Shown here in pieces: positions 29,690-39,702 of a stretch of 64,000 nt of DNA. Within the stretch, counting starts at the first letter, position 1. Each line of letters opens with the position of its first letter. Under the pieces are notes generated by a model. That model was not told where the DNA came from. It made no database searches and saw nothing but the letters and a program-made list of their open reading frames with translations. The stretch comes from an uncultured bacterium (GTDB taxonomy: Bacteria > Zixibacteria > MSB-5A5 > CAIYYT01). The position numbers were made by a program, and so were the translations under genes. The stretch covers positions 448,001 to 512,000 of the forward strand of contig CAVSCK010000003.1 in assembly GCA_963726455.1 (NCBI GenBank). Direction: 5' to 3'.

Positions 29690-32600
29690 TTAGGCAAGTT
29701 TCACCGTCCCGTTGGGCACAAAGTCACCGACGGCAAAGTTGGTGGCACTTGGAGTCTGTCCATTGGTCAATCCAACCATCTCTGCGAAATACTTCCAAAA
29801 ATCAGTGGAATCTGCGACAGCCAGGTCCAATTCGCCCGGATCGTCGTCGAAATCATCCCACTCGCTCGTGCCGGAATTGGCGACGTCTATCTCATAATGC
29901 GGTTGCGCCTCTGGCTGCGTCAATATCCAATCCCTCTGGGCATTATATTTTCCGGCCGTGTCAAGTCTGGCGGAATAGGTAGCCGCATATTCGGGCGTAT
30001 AGTTATTCACCAGGTAGCGTGGCTGAAACTGCACCAGGGTCTCCGTATAGGGGGCGTCTCCGCAAATCTTTATGACATTATTATCTGCGAATTGTCTGGT
30101 GATGCCAAGATCGATTTTGCCGAGCGAATCGACAATCTGAGCCATGGTGGCGGAGGCACCGATAAGCGGGTCCCAGTACTGTAGACGCAGGTTGACCTTG
30201 ACGACTAGTAGCGCCGTAAATTTCTTCAGAATTCGTGGCAACGCCTGGCTGTAACGGTCTTCGCCGAGAGGATACAGATAGAGGTTGAATCTTCCCGTGC
30301 CGCTAACCGAGTTTGATCGATTGTTCTCCTGTTTGCTCGGATAATTAAGGTAGTGATCGGCATCGGTACCAACGTCGGCGGGGTCCCAGGTGAGCGTTGG
30401 GTTGAAGGGAAGTTTATAATCAGGAGCGCTCCACTTACTAATAATGAAATCGTACTTCTTGCCGGCTGTTAGTCGAGTTCGCAACCATTCAGCATAGTGC
30501 CAATAATGGCGGGCGCGAATGTAAAGGTTGCTCATCATCATCGAACCGCTGTCGGCATTGTATGGCGCTCCCGGCTTGAAATCCGGAAGCCCCATCATTC
30601 CATAGCAACAGTTGTCCCATTTTTCGTGATAGTCATCGTCCAAACTACTGGCGTGTCCGGTCTCGTGGGCGGCAGTCAACTGAGTTCCGACCCCGGCCCT
30701 GGCGGTCTGATTGGATCTGATCTCGCCTTTGTCCCGGCTCATGAAAGAACGACCGGCAGCGCCGGCAGGATGAACCGAAATGATCGTATGCTGCTGAGGG
30801 AGATCGACGTGCTGAATATAGAATCGGATATTGACACGCTGCTTGGTTAGTTCGTTCGACGCAAAAAGTGAAACCAGCCGGGTGCCGCCGTCTTCGAAGT
30901 CGTTCCAGGCATTCGTTATGTTCTTTAGGGAATCGTCGATCCACGTCGGGGTGACGACGGGACTGGTGGCAACTTTATCCTGAAGGTGCCACCTGAAGTA
31001 ACTGAAGATGTATGAGATTTCCTCGCCGTCCTTGTAGCCTTTTTCGCGAAGAAGATAGCAATCGAAATTCCCTAGCGACCAATTCCAATTAGTCTTGTTC
31101 TCCCGCACGCGGTAGTGTCGTTGTTGAAAGCTCGCAACAAAAGTGCATTTGGTGGCGTGATTGTACACCGCGGCTCGATGGCCCAGACGCTGCCCGGCGG
31201 TAAGGCGGTCTTTGAATGTGGCGTACAACTTGTTCTGCGCGACGACACCGCCGATAGGAGTGCCGAAGAATGGCAGGTAGGATGAAACCATTAATCCCGT
31301 CGTGATTTCGCCGTCGGCCGCCACCGTGCCGGCGATCTTCTCGGTGTAGTAACTTTGATGGTTTGTAGCGTCCGGGTTGATAACGCCGAATTTATCGTCG
31401 AGAACTGCTATGCGCTGCATGACCGGAATGTTCTCCGGCGCGAGATTGGCGGCCGTGAGAACCAGATCATCCAGTGAAAACACGATCGGCTTGGCCGGCT
31501 GCGTAATTCGACCACCAAACGGCTTGAACTTGTCTGCCGCGGGGCTCGCGGAAGTAAACAAGAAGCGGAAGACATACTTCTTGTCCTGATTCTTGGTCAC
31601 GTCGTCAAGGGTGACGCCACCGCCCGCCTGATTTTGAGGCCTGGCGCACCAATCATCGGATATCCATTTTGCCGGAAGATCGTAGTATTTCCATTTTTCT
31701 TCGGCATCGCTCTTATTCGCATCGCGCAAATCTTTCAGGGCTTTCTGCATCTCAGCATCGGTGACTATCTTGCCGGCATCGTCAGCGCTGGATTTGAAGA
31801 TCCACTTGCCCGCCGCTTCAAAGACGAATTGCAGTTTAGATCGGGTCGGATCAGTAAGGCGATTTCCGAAGTTCACCTTGAGACTGTAGACGCCGTCTTT
31901 CCACTTGCACTTGGACGGCAATGGCGCGCCGTCGTTTTCAGAAACCTGAAACTGCAGGCCGTCGGGTGCACTGTCGAGTTTCCCATATTTTAGATGGTAG
32001 TAGACGAAGCGCAGGTGATACACAACCGAGGTCAGGTCAGTGCCGTCAGGGTATATTCGTTTGAAATGATACTTGTGCCACATCGGGCATTCAGGGGCCT
32101 TGTGGACAGTATCTACACGGGCAGGACAATCGATCACAGGGATATTCTCTTTGTCGAAAAAGAATAATTCGACGCGGCGATTAACCTGTGAACGGTAATT
32201 GCTCTTCTCGGCATCGTCGATCGGAAATGATTCTCCGCAGGAGAGATATTTCTTCATATCGTCACAATATTTCAGACGAGAGCGATACTCAGAAGTTAAC
32301 AATTCGCGACTGACCTGCAGGGCTGCCGCGATGTCGTCGTTATAGATGTCATAGACGGCGAGCCACATTTCCATCGGCCACTTGTGCGCTCCGTCATTCT
32401 TGATCTTCGCGTGCGTACCCTCCGGTATCGTGACGCTTTCAGCGGGGGCGAGACCGCTGAGAACCCAATCGTTGTAATGGGAAATGAAGGCCTTGCAGGC
32501 ATCGCTGACGTCATTGCTCCATTTGTCATCAAGTTTCACAGGGTCGCAATCGGCCCAGCTTCTGCGGTTCTTTACGTACAAGAGAATCTGCTGATAGTCT

Positions 32601-33064
32601 TCAATTCGATGCCGCTTCTTGGAGACCTCCGCCCATTTGTCGCGAGTGCCTTCGAGTAGATACATGACATTCTGGGCACGCAGGTCAGACAACTCGAAGT
32701 TCATTTTTGCGGCCCCGGAAGTATCGGTATGCCCGGCAATCAGCAGGCGCTTTTCGGGATCGAATTCGAATTGCTTCAGCCCAAGCGCCAGCGCCTGCAA
32801 TCCGGAAACCTTGTCCTGGTCTTCCTGCAATTTGGCATCGTCGGGGTCGGTAGCATTTTCCGCGGCGCCGTCACTCGATGATTTTCCCTGCGGGCGTTCG
32901 GGCATCATCACGGCGCTGTCAAGATGGAAGAGCACATCCTCCATCTCGAGCATCAGGACTTCGGCCGGATCAAGCTCGAATTCGGGGAACACCGTGGTGT
33001 CGGCGTCCTTGCCCCCAATCATTTCTCGAAAAGTGCAGGGTTTCTTTACGGCAGGTTTGGACAT
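29690..33064 (-). CDS. Large protein: split OmpA-C-like domain with PG-binding-like insert, plus HExxH metallopeptidase domain
   Basis: VLFHLDSAV, IAGHTDTSG..NFELSDLRA and GESFP..NRRVELFFF; AAHETGHASSLDDDY at ~30653-30667; no signal peptide. Confidence 0.7.
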   Translation of the reverse strand: MSKPAVKKPCTFREMIGGKDADTTVFPEFELDPAEVLMLEMEDVLFHLDSAVMMPERPQGKSSSDGAAENATDPDDAKLQEDQDKVSGLQALALGLKQFEFDPEKRLLIAGHTDTSGAAKMNFELSDLRAQNVMYLLEGTRDKWAEVSKKRHRIEDYQQILLYVKNRRSWADCDPVKLDDKWSNDVSDACKAFISHYNDWVLSGLAPAESVTIPEGTHAKIKNDGAHKWPMEMWLAVYDIYNDDIAAALQVSRELLTSEYRSRLKYCDDMKKYLSCGESFPIDDAEKSNYRSQVNRRVELFFFDKENIPVIDCPARVDTVHKAPECPMWHKYHFKRIYPDGTDLTSVVYHLRFVYYHLKYGKLDSAPDGLQFQVSENDGAPLPSKCKWKDGVYSLKVNFGNRLTDPTRSKLQFVFEAAGKWIFKSSADDAGKIVTDAEMQKALKDLRDANKSDAEEKWKYYDLPAKWISDDWCARPQNQAGGGVTLDDVTKNQDKKYVFRFLFTSASPAADKFKPFGGRITQPAKPIVFSLDDLVLTAANLAPENIPVMQRIAVLDDKFGVINPDATNHQSYYTEKIAGTVAADGEITTGLMVSSYLPFFGTPIGGVVAQNKLYATFKDRLTAGQRLGHRAAVYNHATKCTFVASFQQRHYRVRENKTNWNWSLGNFDCYLLREKGYKDGEEISYIFSYFRWHLQDKVATSPVVTPTWIDDSLKNITNAWNDFEDGGTRLVSLFASNELTKQRVNIRFYIQHVDLPQQHTIISVHPAGAAGRSFMSRDKGEIRSNQTARAGVGTQLTAAHETGHASSLDDDYHEKWDNCCYGMMGLPDFKPGAPYNADSGSMMMSNLYIRARHYWHYAEWLRTRLTAGKKYDFIISKWSAPDYKLPFNPTLTWDPADVGTDADHYLNYPSKQENNRSNSVSGTGRFNLYLYPLGEDRYSQALPRILKKFTALLVVKVNLRLQYWDPLIGASATMAQIVDSLGKIDLGITRQFADNNVIKICGDAPYTETLVQFQPRYLVNNYTPEYAATYSARLDTAGKYNAQRDWILTQPEAQPHYEIDVANSGTSEWDDFDDDPGELDLAVADSTDFWKYFAEMVGLTNGQTPSATNFAVGDFVPNGTVKLA

Positions 33065-33072
33065 TGTCTCTA

Positions 33073-34149
33073 TCAACTACTTCCGGGAAACTTGTCATCT
33101 CTGACATTGACTGAGATTTTCAGTTTCCCCGGGGCTACATCGGTTACTTTGGCATAGCCACCGCCGTCGAGTTTGCCTTCCTTGACTTCTCCGGACGGCA
33201 AAATCACGCGATATTTCTTGTCGCCGATGGCGTTACCTTCTTTATCCTTGAGCTTGAATTCCAGATCATCCACGTATTCCAGCAGGCCGGAGCGTTGTGT
33301 CAGGGTCGACGTCTTGGCGACAAAGTAGTAGGCCGGCGACGAATAACCACCGCCCTTCAACTTCTTTTCCTGGAGCTTGAGGAAGTCCTGGTCAACGACG
33401 AGTTCCCACTCGCCTTCGATCTTGTCGCCCTTAACGGTAGTTTCTATCTGCTTGAGAACCTGGTCGGGGAAGTTAGTGTCCCGGACGTGCACCTCCAGAA
33501 ATGCCTTTTGCCCTTCGGGAACGCCGGTGGTCTCAGCAGTCATTTGAACCTTCTCCCCTACCTTGGCGGAGTCTTTGGACCACTTGGCGCTGATGATCGC
33601 CCTGATTTCGATGTCGTAATTGCCGGGATCGATGTTGGCTTGCTTGACGCTGCCGGTCAGCGGCGATACACTCTTATTGCTCGATGGCGAGGTCAACTCA
33701 TATTCGGCGCCGGTGATAGGGAATCCGCCATTATCTACAATGGCGACATCCAAAAAATGTCCCTCCGGCTTTTCCATCGCAGCAGTCGCTGCCTCGGCCT
33801 CGGCGCTCTTCTCACCACCTCCGGTTCCGGCTCCTGCACCGGGGCTCATCGCATCCCCAATAAGCACAGTAGGGCAACCCATAGCGATACTGTCGGGCGG
33901 GCCTGCACAAAGCACCGGGTCACCGACTCGCGCGGCAGGCATATTGCCAATCATGACGCTGGCGCTGCCTTTCAGAATCGGGCCACCAACGTGCGGTGGT
34001 GGTGGAACACCCGGATTGAGCAGAGGACAGATATGGTTGTCTCCCATCCGGGCAGCCGGCATACCGCCGATTAGGACCATAGGAAATCCAACCATAATTG
34101 TTCCACCATGAACGGTCGAGTCAAATTGTCTGGCTGCGGGTTGTCCCAT
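33073..34149 (-). CDS. PAAR domain protein with C-terminal transthyretin-like/Ig-like extension
   Basis: Three PAAR motifs (GQPAAR, GMPAARMGD, NMPAARVGD) with His/Cys Zn ligands; C-terminal YRVILPSGEVKEGKLDGGGYAKV. Confidence 0.92.
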   Translation of the reverse strand: MGQPAARQFDSTVHGGTIMVGFPMVLIGGMPAARMGDNHICPLLNPGVPPPPHVGGPILKGSASVMIGNMPAARVGDPVLCAGPPDSIAMGCPTVLIGDAMSPGAGAGTGGGEKSAEAEAATAAMEKPEGHFLDVAIVDNGGFPITGAEYELTSPSSNKSVSPLTGSVKQANIDPGNYDIEIRAIISAKWSKDSAKVGEKVQMTAETTGVPEGQKAFLEVHVRDTNFPDQVLKQIETTVKGDKIEGEWELVVDQDFLKLQEKKLKGGGYSSPAYYFVAKTSTLTQRSGLLEYVDDLEFKLKDKEGNAIGDKKYRVILPSGEVKEGKLDGGGYAKVTDVAPGKLKISVNVRDDKFPGSS

Positions 34150-34331
34150 AAATCAGGCGCTATCTCCCTAATCGGTTTTACGCTGATATAGTCGTGGCTA
34201 CTGCCCTATGGTTCAAGCAAAGAAGCGCTTTCAGTTGACCGACAGAATTTAGCGTAGCAGCAGCGTTCCGTCAACATTCAATTTGAGCTGTACTGGAGGC
34301 ATTGCGCGGAAATCGCTTGATCTGCGCGAGA

Positions 34332-34901
34332 CTAGTTGTGTTCGGAGCTGGCTGTAGCCGCGTTCTTGGTGTTGGAGGATGATTCCTTGAGCGGGAGTCC
34401 ACACACCGGGCAGTACAAGTACTCTTTTTCGACCCATTTGTGGCCGTATTCGCACTGCTTTACCTTATGCTTCTGGTCGATGTAGACGTCGTCCCAGTCG
34501 GCTAGTATGGTGTAGTAGAGAGTGTTGCCCGAAACCCGCAGCGCCAGCGAAATTTCCTCTACCTTACAGATGGTCTCGCCGTCACATTCCAAGTAAATAG
34601 GGATCTTCTGCGTGGAAATCAGTTTCTCGGGACCACCCTTGGCAGGCCGCTCTGATTCACGGGATTCGATTTCGATTGTGGTCTCGCCGGTTCTCCCCAA
34701 AAAGACCAAGCTGCGCAAGGTCGTGACCTTGTCCACCGTCATACCCCATGAGGCAATTGATTGATTCGGTAACGCCGAAGTCGATTGGCCACCCTTGTAG
34801 TAACGGGTAGTCGTGATTTTCATGTCGGCGCGCAAATCTGATGCCAAGGCAAAGGCCAATGCAAGCGATACTATTAGCAGACTTGACGAGATTTTTCTCA
34901 C
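34332..34901 (-). CDS. Secreted hypothetical protein with C-terminal zinc ribbon
   Basis: Signal peptide; CEYGH...YCPVCG. Confidence 0.65.
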   Translation of the reverse strand: MRKISSSLLIVSLALAFALASDLRADMKITTTRYYKGGQSTSALPNQSIASWGMTVDKVTTLRSLVFLGRTGETTIEIESRESERPAKGGPEKLISTQKIPIYLECDGETICKVEEISLALRVSGNTLYYTILADWDDVYIDQKHKVKQCEYGHKWVEKEYLYCPVCGLPLKESSSNTKNAATASSEHN

Positions 34902-34996
34902 GCGAATCCTCCGGGAAGCGATGGAAATCGCCCCTGCTGACTATATCGACGCAGACGCACTCAAAACTGAGTGCGGAGTGCACCGGACGGAGGATA

Positions 34997-37045
34997 TTAC
35001 GTCGTTTCAACCCTTTGGCAAAGCAATTTGTGTTCCGTAACCGGGCTAATTCCGACCACAAAACGGTGGACAATTCTGATTTCCGTCTTGCCGCGATAGC
35101 GATCATCCAATCTCCGGACGAATTCCTGGGCTACGCGGTCTCGTTCACCGGGTTGGAGCGAGTGATAAAAGGTCGTGCCGGCGCCGGATTTCATGACATG
35201 GTCATATACTTCCTGTCCGGAGTGTGCCAGGAAATCGAATGTCCCTTCGTTCAGCCAGTCGATGTCAAATCCGAAGTTCCGCAAATGCTCTTCAGTTTCT
35301 TTCGCGTCTAAAGGGAATTTCATCCGAACAGCCTTAGTCAGGATATCGGGCTCTTCTCGCACGATTTCCTCGAACAGTTCCAGTGGGACCTCGGGCGAGC
35401 GATCCAGGTGCGCGACGAAGGCGATAACGCCTCCGGGCTTCAGGATTCTTTTCAGCAGCGGGAAGATTTCCTCGCAGCCGACATAGCCGATAAGCCAGGT
35501 CATGGTGGCAACATCAACCGATTGCGCCGGCAGCTTACGCAATTCCACTAATACGTCACCGATGCGAAATTCGACGTTCCCCAAACCAAGCGTTCCGAGC
35601 CGTTGTCTTGCTTTTTCCACCATACCTTCGGTGAGATCAATGGCGATGACTTTGCCTGATGTCCCGACCATCCCCGCCAGCTTGGCAGTTGAGTATCCGG
35701 TGCCACAACCGCAGTCGACTGCGACCGAACGGGGTTTGATTTGGAGTTTCGCAAACATGTAGTCGATAGGCGCTGATGCTACCGACAACCAATAGTCTTC
35801 GTAGGTCTGGCTGGCGGAATTGTATCCTTTGACAATTTCGGCGTTGCCTGCGAGCTCGGAATTCTGTCCTTCCAGAATTCTGAAGAATCGCGGCGGCTCC
35901 TCCTCGGGAAGCGGCATTGGCGGCACCGTTTCCACACGGGCGGGTCGACAATGTTTGGAGCATTCGGAGAAATATCCACGTAACTGGTGGGCAAGACAGA
36001 TACTGTATGGATGCGTGATGTCGGCCTGCATGCGAGACATGATTACTCCCAAGTCCTCTTCAAGCACATTGCCGTAGGATATCGGCATCATGTTGCAGGG
36101 AGACACCTCTCCGCTGCCGTCAACGTAGATGTGTGAGTGCCCGGCGCCACAACCAAAGAACTCGGGAGACTCCATGTGCGCAAATGACGAGATGGGTGCG
36201 CTCTTCTCCTGTACATTGTATTCGGCCATGAGTTGAAACACGCGGGCGAATTCCAGTTCACCAAAGCCGATATCGCTGTTGATAATCCTACCGGCAGGCG
36301 CAGGTTCGATCAATTGGAGTTCATCGACGCCTAGACTTGTATTCAGCTCCACCAGTTTTCGGAAGTTGTCCCCTTCGAGAAGTCTTCTGGTCGGCACTGC
36401 GCATGTATAAGTGTAGAAGCCGTGCTTCTTCGCAAGCTCGATAGCTTTGAGAGCAATCTTGAACGCACCGAGACGTCCGCGGCGAGTGTCGTGTTCGCCT
36501 TCGTCGGCGGAATCGAGACTGATTGAGACAGAGTAGACGCGAGTTTCGCGCAACCGACACGCCAATTCGTCGTTGAATCCATAACCGGTAGTAGCCAAGA
36601 CGCCGCAGGAGTCTTCGCGTAAGCACGAGACTATTTCCACCAGGTCATTGCGCAAGCATGGTTCGCCGCCCGTGAAGTTGACGACGATTGCTCCCAATTC
36701 CTGCAGGCGCGTAACGACCTTCTGGAGTGCATCGGTTGACAGGTCGGACACGACCCGTCCGGCGTTGTAGCAGTGCCAGCAGTTGAAGATGCAGGCGTTG
36801 GTTAGCGCCAGGTCGACTGATTGTATCGGAGTTCTCTTGTCCGCGCCGAAGTAGGTCGCCATGAAACGGTCGAAGGGTTTGCCGGGAAAAGGCGGAATGA
36901 AGGTGCTGATAACATATTGATTGCCATATTCGCGCACGCGCTCGATTTCCAGAAAATCACGGAGGTACTGGTACAGCGACGGCGTGAAGAGGCGCATATC
37001 AACGCCCTTCATGAACTCATTCAAGAAATGCTCGTTGTTCGTCAT
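34997..37045 (-). CDS. Radical SAM/SPASM-twitch domain fused to class I SAM methyltransferase
   Basis: CIFNCWHC, FTGGEP and CGAG..YVDGSGEVSPC, then VDCGCGTG..VIAIDLT..LKPGG. Confidence 0.9.
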   Translation of the reverse strand: MTNNEHFLNEFMKGVDMRLFTPSLYQYLRDFLEIERVREYGNQYVISTFIPPFPGKPFDRFMATYFGADKRTPIQSVDLALTNACIFNCWHCYNAGRVVSDLSTDALQKVVTRLQELGAIVVNFTGGEPCLRNDLVEIVSCLREDSCGVLATTGYGFNDELACRLRETRVYSVSISLDSADEGEHDTRRGRLGAFKIALKAIELAKKHGFYTYTCAVPTRRLLEGDNFRKLVELNTSLGVDELQLIEPAPAGRIINSDIGFGELEFARVFQLMAEYNVQEKSAPISSFAHMESPEFFGCGAGHSHIYVDGSGEVSPCNMMPISYGNVLEEDLGVIMSRMQADITHPYSICLAHQLRGYFSECSKHCRPARVETVPPMPLPEEEPPRFFRILEGQNSELAGNAEIVKGYNSASQTYEDYWLSVASAPIDYMFAKLQIKPRSVAVDCGCGTGYSTAKLAGMVGTSGKVIAIDLTEGMVEKARQRLGTLGLGNVEFRIGDVLVELRKLPAQSVDVATMTWLIGYVGCEEIFPLLKRILKPGGVIAFVAHLDRSPEVPLELFEEIVREEPDILTKAVRMKFPLDAKETEEHLRNFGFDIDWLNEGTFDFLAHSGQEVYDHVMKSGAGTTFYHSLQPGERDRVAQEFVRRLDDRYRGKTEIRIVHRFVVGISPVTEHKLLCQRVETT

Positions 37046-37052
37046 ATTCTTT

Positions 37053-37319
37053 TCATTCTTTCTGAACCGAATGGTTCTCCAATGGATGTTGCCCGATCAA
37101 CCAAACCCCAGCTTTCAGAACTTGAGCGAGAGAGAGCATTCTGACAAAGATGCGCCGGGCACGGCCAAGGGCGCACAAAATGCAGCCACCTGCGATAGCT
37201 GCCCACGCAAAGAGCGTCGTCGTAAGTATCATCAGGAGACAATCGATCAAGGCGTTACCGATAGCGGTCAATTCCTTCTCGATCAAGTCGCCGCCGAGTT
37301 CAATGATTCCGTAATTCAC
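37053..37319 (-). CDS. Small membrane protein
   Basis: GTGA overlap with the upstream stop and AAGGAG RBS; one hydrophobic helix; fills the gap to the radical SAM gene. Confidence 0.55.
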   Translation of the reverse strand: MNYGIIELGGDLIEKELTAIGNALIDCLLMILTTTLFAWAAIAGGCILCALGRARRIFVRMLSLAQVLKAGVWLIGQHPLENHSVQKE

Positions 37320-38215
37320 AGTCTGGCTCCTTCCGGCAGTTTCAGCAGCGGCGTTGAAGATCGCGACCTCACCTCCGCCGTCGCGAAGAAGTAGCTGTCT
37401 TCGATGTGATCCGTGCCGCTGTAGAGAATGTTGGCCTCGCGCATGCTGACGATTTTGATGTCTCCATAGCCAACGCTGGATAGAATGGATTTCATGCGAT
37501 CCGGGCGGCTCGAAAATGTCAACGGCTCGTTAATCGAATTGCAGAGTTCGATCAATTGACGATTGCCCTGATAGTCGGTCTCATTGTCGGTTAGTTCCGG
37601 CGGAACGAAGTCGAAGGTGATGCGATTATTCGGGCCCAGTTCGGCAAGACGGCCAAGAGTCTCGGCCACGATATTCTCATTCAGGAAGAGTGTGACGCCT
37701 TCCCAGATAGAAAGCGTGCGCTTGTGCCTTGCGAATCCGGCGGCTAGGAGCTTGTCGTTAACAGAGTCCTTCGAGAAATCGGTGGCGACATACGTCACAT
37801 TAGCCGGCAGCCGGCCAAACAGGCGGCGGGTGAGCGCTTTCTTTATTTGCTGTGTCGATTCCAGATCTAGTTCAAAGACCTGGGCACGGCGAAATTCCGG
37901 CATGCGGAAGTAGCGGCTGTCGTACCCGGCTCCGAGAAGAACGATCTGCTCGAAACCTTCGTTGAGGCAGTCGCGGGCGAAGTCGTCCATAAAGCGCGCC
38001 CGCAGAACAATGGCTTTGCGAACGGAAGGGTTAATCACTTGCATCATGCCGACCATCTTCATCCCTTCCTGACCGGCGTAGTACGGCGCGAGTGGATCGG
38101 CGATTACGCGTTTCTCTGCGGGCAACGAACACTCAAACGCCTTCGCTCCCGCCGACCAGCGCGCAAAGAGAAACCCGCATGGTTTCTCAACTGTTTTGCT
38201 GTATACCTGCTGCAT
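37316..38215 (-). CDS. SAM-dependent methyltransferase, leucine carboxyl methyltransferase/TIGR00027-like
   Basis: DPLA, RARFMDD, QIVLLGAGYDSR, VFELD and IWEGV motifs; start at ATG 38215 with GAGG RBS. Confidence 0.88.
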   Translation of the reverse strand: MQQVYSKTVEKPCGFLFARWSAGAKAFECSLPAEKRVIADPLAPYYAGQEGMKMVGMMQVINPSVRKAIVLRARFMDDFARDCLNEGFEQIVLLGAGYDSRYFRMPEFRRAQVFELDLESTQQIKKALTRRLFGRLPANVTYVATDFSKDSVNDKLLAAGFARHKRTLSIWEGVTLFLNENIVAETLGRLAELGPNNRITFDFVPPELTDNETDYQGNRQLIELCNSINEPLTFSSRPDRMKSILSSVGYGDIKIVSMREANILYSGTDHIEDSYFFATAEVRSRSSTPLLKLPEGARL

Positions 38216-38234
38216 GGCTTGTACCTCTCTCCCT

Positions 38235-38948
38235 TTAGTATTTCCTGTCAAAGACCGGTTTGAGTACGCCGATGCCAAGGAGCACCGGGTTGACAAATAG
38301 CTGCACGCAGATAGCGAGCAGCAACACCCAGTAGATGATGGCTGGCGCCTGATCGAGCATGACGAACACCGGTATGAAGAAGATCGTCGTCAGGTAATTG
38401 ATGATGCTCTTGTAACCCGGTTTCCAGTGCGTGGTGACGAGGCAATTGATGGGGTAGTGCACGGGCGAAACGGTGAGCACGATCAGAGTGGCTACGTAAA
38501 TCGTCGGATATATCGGCGGCAACTGCAGGAAGTAGAAAGCGAAGACGGAGAAGAACACCGGCGGTGCACCGACAGAATAGCCGTTTGCCAGAAAGCTTTC
38601 TTTGCGCGAATACTTCGAGGATGCCGCCATCGCAGCGCCAACCACCAACCAGACTCCGACGCCCTCAACGAACAGGCCGGTCTTCCAGAACAACATCATC
38701 GGCACGAAAGTCAGTCCGACGAGATCAGTGATAATATCCAGTACTTCGCCGGAGGTACCCGGAAATTTGTCTTTGATTTTGAACTTGCGCGCAAGAGTGC
38801 CATCGAGACGGTCGACTAACAGGACCAACAGACTAAAACGCGCCGCAGCGTCGTAGCTGCCATCAAGCACCGCCATCATGGCCAGCGCGGCAAAGCCAAG
38901 TCCAACCAAGGTCAGGATATGCGGTCCGTAATAGAGATACTTCTTCAT
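38235..38948 (-). CDS. CDP-alcohol phosphatidyltransferase, phosphatidylcholine-synthase-like
   Basis: PHILT and DRLDGTLARK...GEVLDIITD...FVP signature. Confidence 0.85.
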   Translation of the reverse strand: MKKYLYYGPHILTLVGLGFAALAMMAVLDGSYDAAARFSLLVLLVDRLDGTLARKFKIKDKFPGTSGEVLDIITDLVGLTFVPMMLFWKTGLFVEGVGVWLVVGAAMAASSKYSRKESFLANGYSVGAPPVFFSVFAFYFLQLPPIYPTIYVATLIVLTVSPVHYPINCLVTTHWKPGYKSIINYLTTIFFIPVFVMLDQAPAIIYWVLLLAICVQLFVNPVLLGIGVLKPVFDRKY

Positions 38949-38961
38949 GACGACTTTCCTT

Positions 38962-39702
38962 TCATATTCCCATCAAGCGCCCCAGCCAGTAGGCCACCGG
39001 GGCGGAGACGATCAGACTGTCGAAGCGGTCAAAGATTCCACCATGACCCGGCAAAAGTCCGGAGAAATCTTTGATTCCAAGTTTGCGTTTTATCAGTGAG
39101 AAGAGCAGGTCACCGACCGTGGCGGCAGAGGCGATGGCGAAACCCATGATAGCGGCTTGGGTCTCAGTCAGGTTGGAGATTTGGGGCGCCATCGCCAAGG
39201 CGCCGACCACAGCTGTCCCCGCTCCGCATAACATTCCTTCCCAGGTTTTTCCGGGGCTTAGTCGGGGGCAAAGTTTATGGGTGCCGAGCAATCGGCCCCA
39301 GAGTTGTGCAAAACTGTCTGTCATCGAGACAAGCAGGAAGACGAGAGCGAAATCAGGGAACCATTGATCGCTGGTTCCAATCAACAGATGGGAAAGCAAG
39401 ACTACCACGAGAGCACCAAATAGAATACTCGCCGTGGTTGCGATGAAAGTTCGGCGGTTTAGTACGCGGATCATCTCGATGGTGCCTATCACTGCAATGG
39501 TCAGGAGCACGGCGGCCAGTAAACCGCGCCCGATCCATGCGAAAGTGAGAACACCGACGATGATCGCCGCATAAACGCAATATTTTGTCCAGTCCTCACA
39601 GCGACGAAATCCCGTCACCGATTGAATTCGGTGCGTCAGTGTCATCAGGGAGGCGCCGACGGCGAACAAGCCGGTGACCATGAAGACAAGAGCGGTGTTC
39701 AT
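38962..39702 (-). CDS. Phosphatidate cytidylyltransferase family (CdsA-like)
   Basis: LSPGKTWEG and GDL..SLIKR..GIKDFSGLLPGHGGIFDRFDS motifs. Confidence 0.92.
   Translation of the reverse strand: MNTALVFMVTGLFAVGASLMTLTHRIQSVTGFRRCEDWTKYCVYAAIIVGVLTFAWIGRGLLAAVLLTIAVIGTIEMIRVLNRRTFIATTASILFGALVVVLLSHLLIGTSDQWFPDFALVFLLVSMTDSFAQLWGRLLGTHKLCPRLSPGKTWEGMLCGAGTAVVGALAMAPQISNLTETQAAIMGFAIASAATVGDLLFSLIKRKLGIKDFSGLLPGHGGIFDRFDSLIVSAPVAYWLGRLMGI

Noticed and set aside
37053-37319. RiPP precursor for the radical SAM/SPASM enzyme
   Set aside because: It looks like a TM helix protein; no RRE, peptidase or exporter is nearby, and the context is lipid enzymes.
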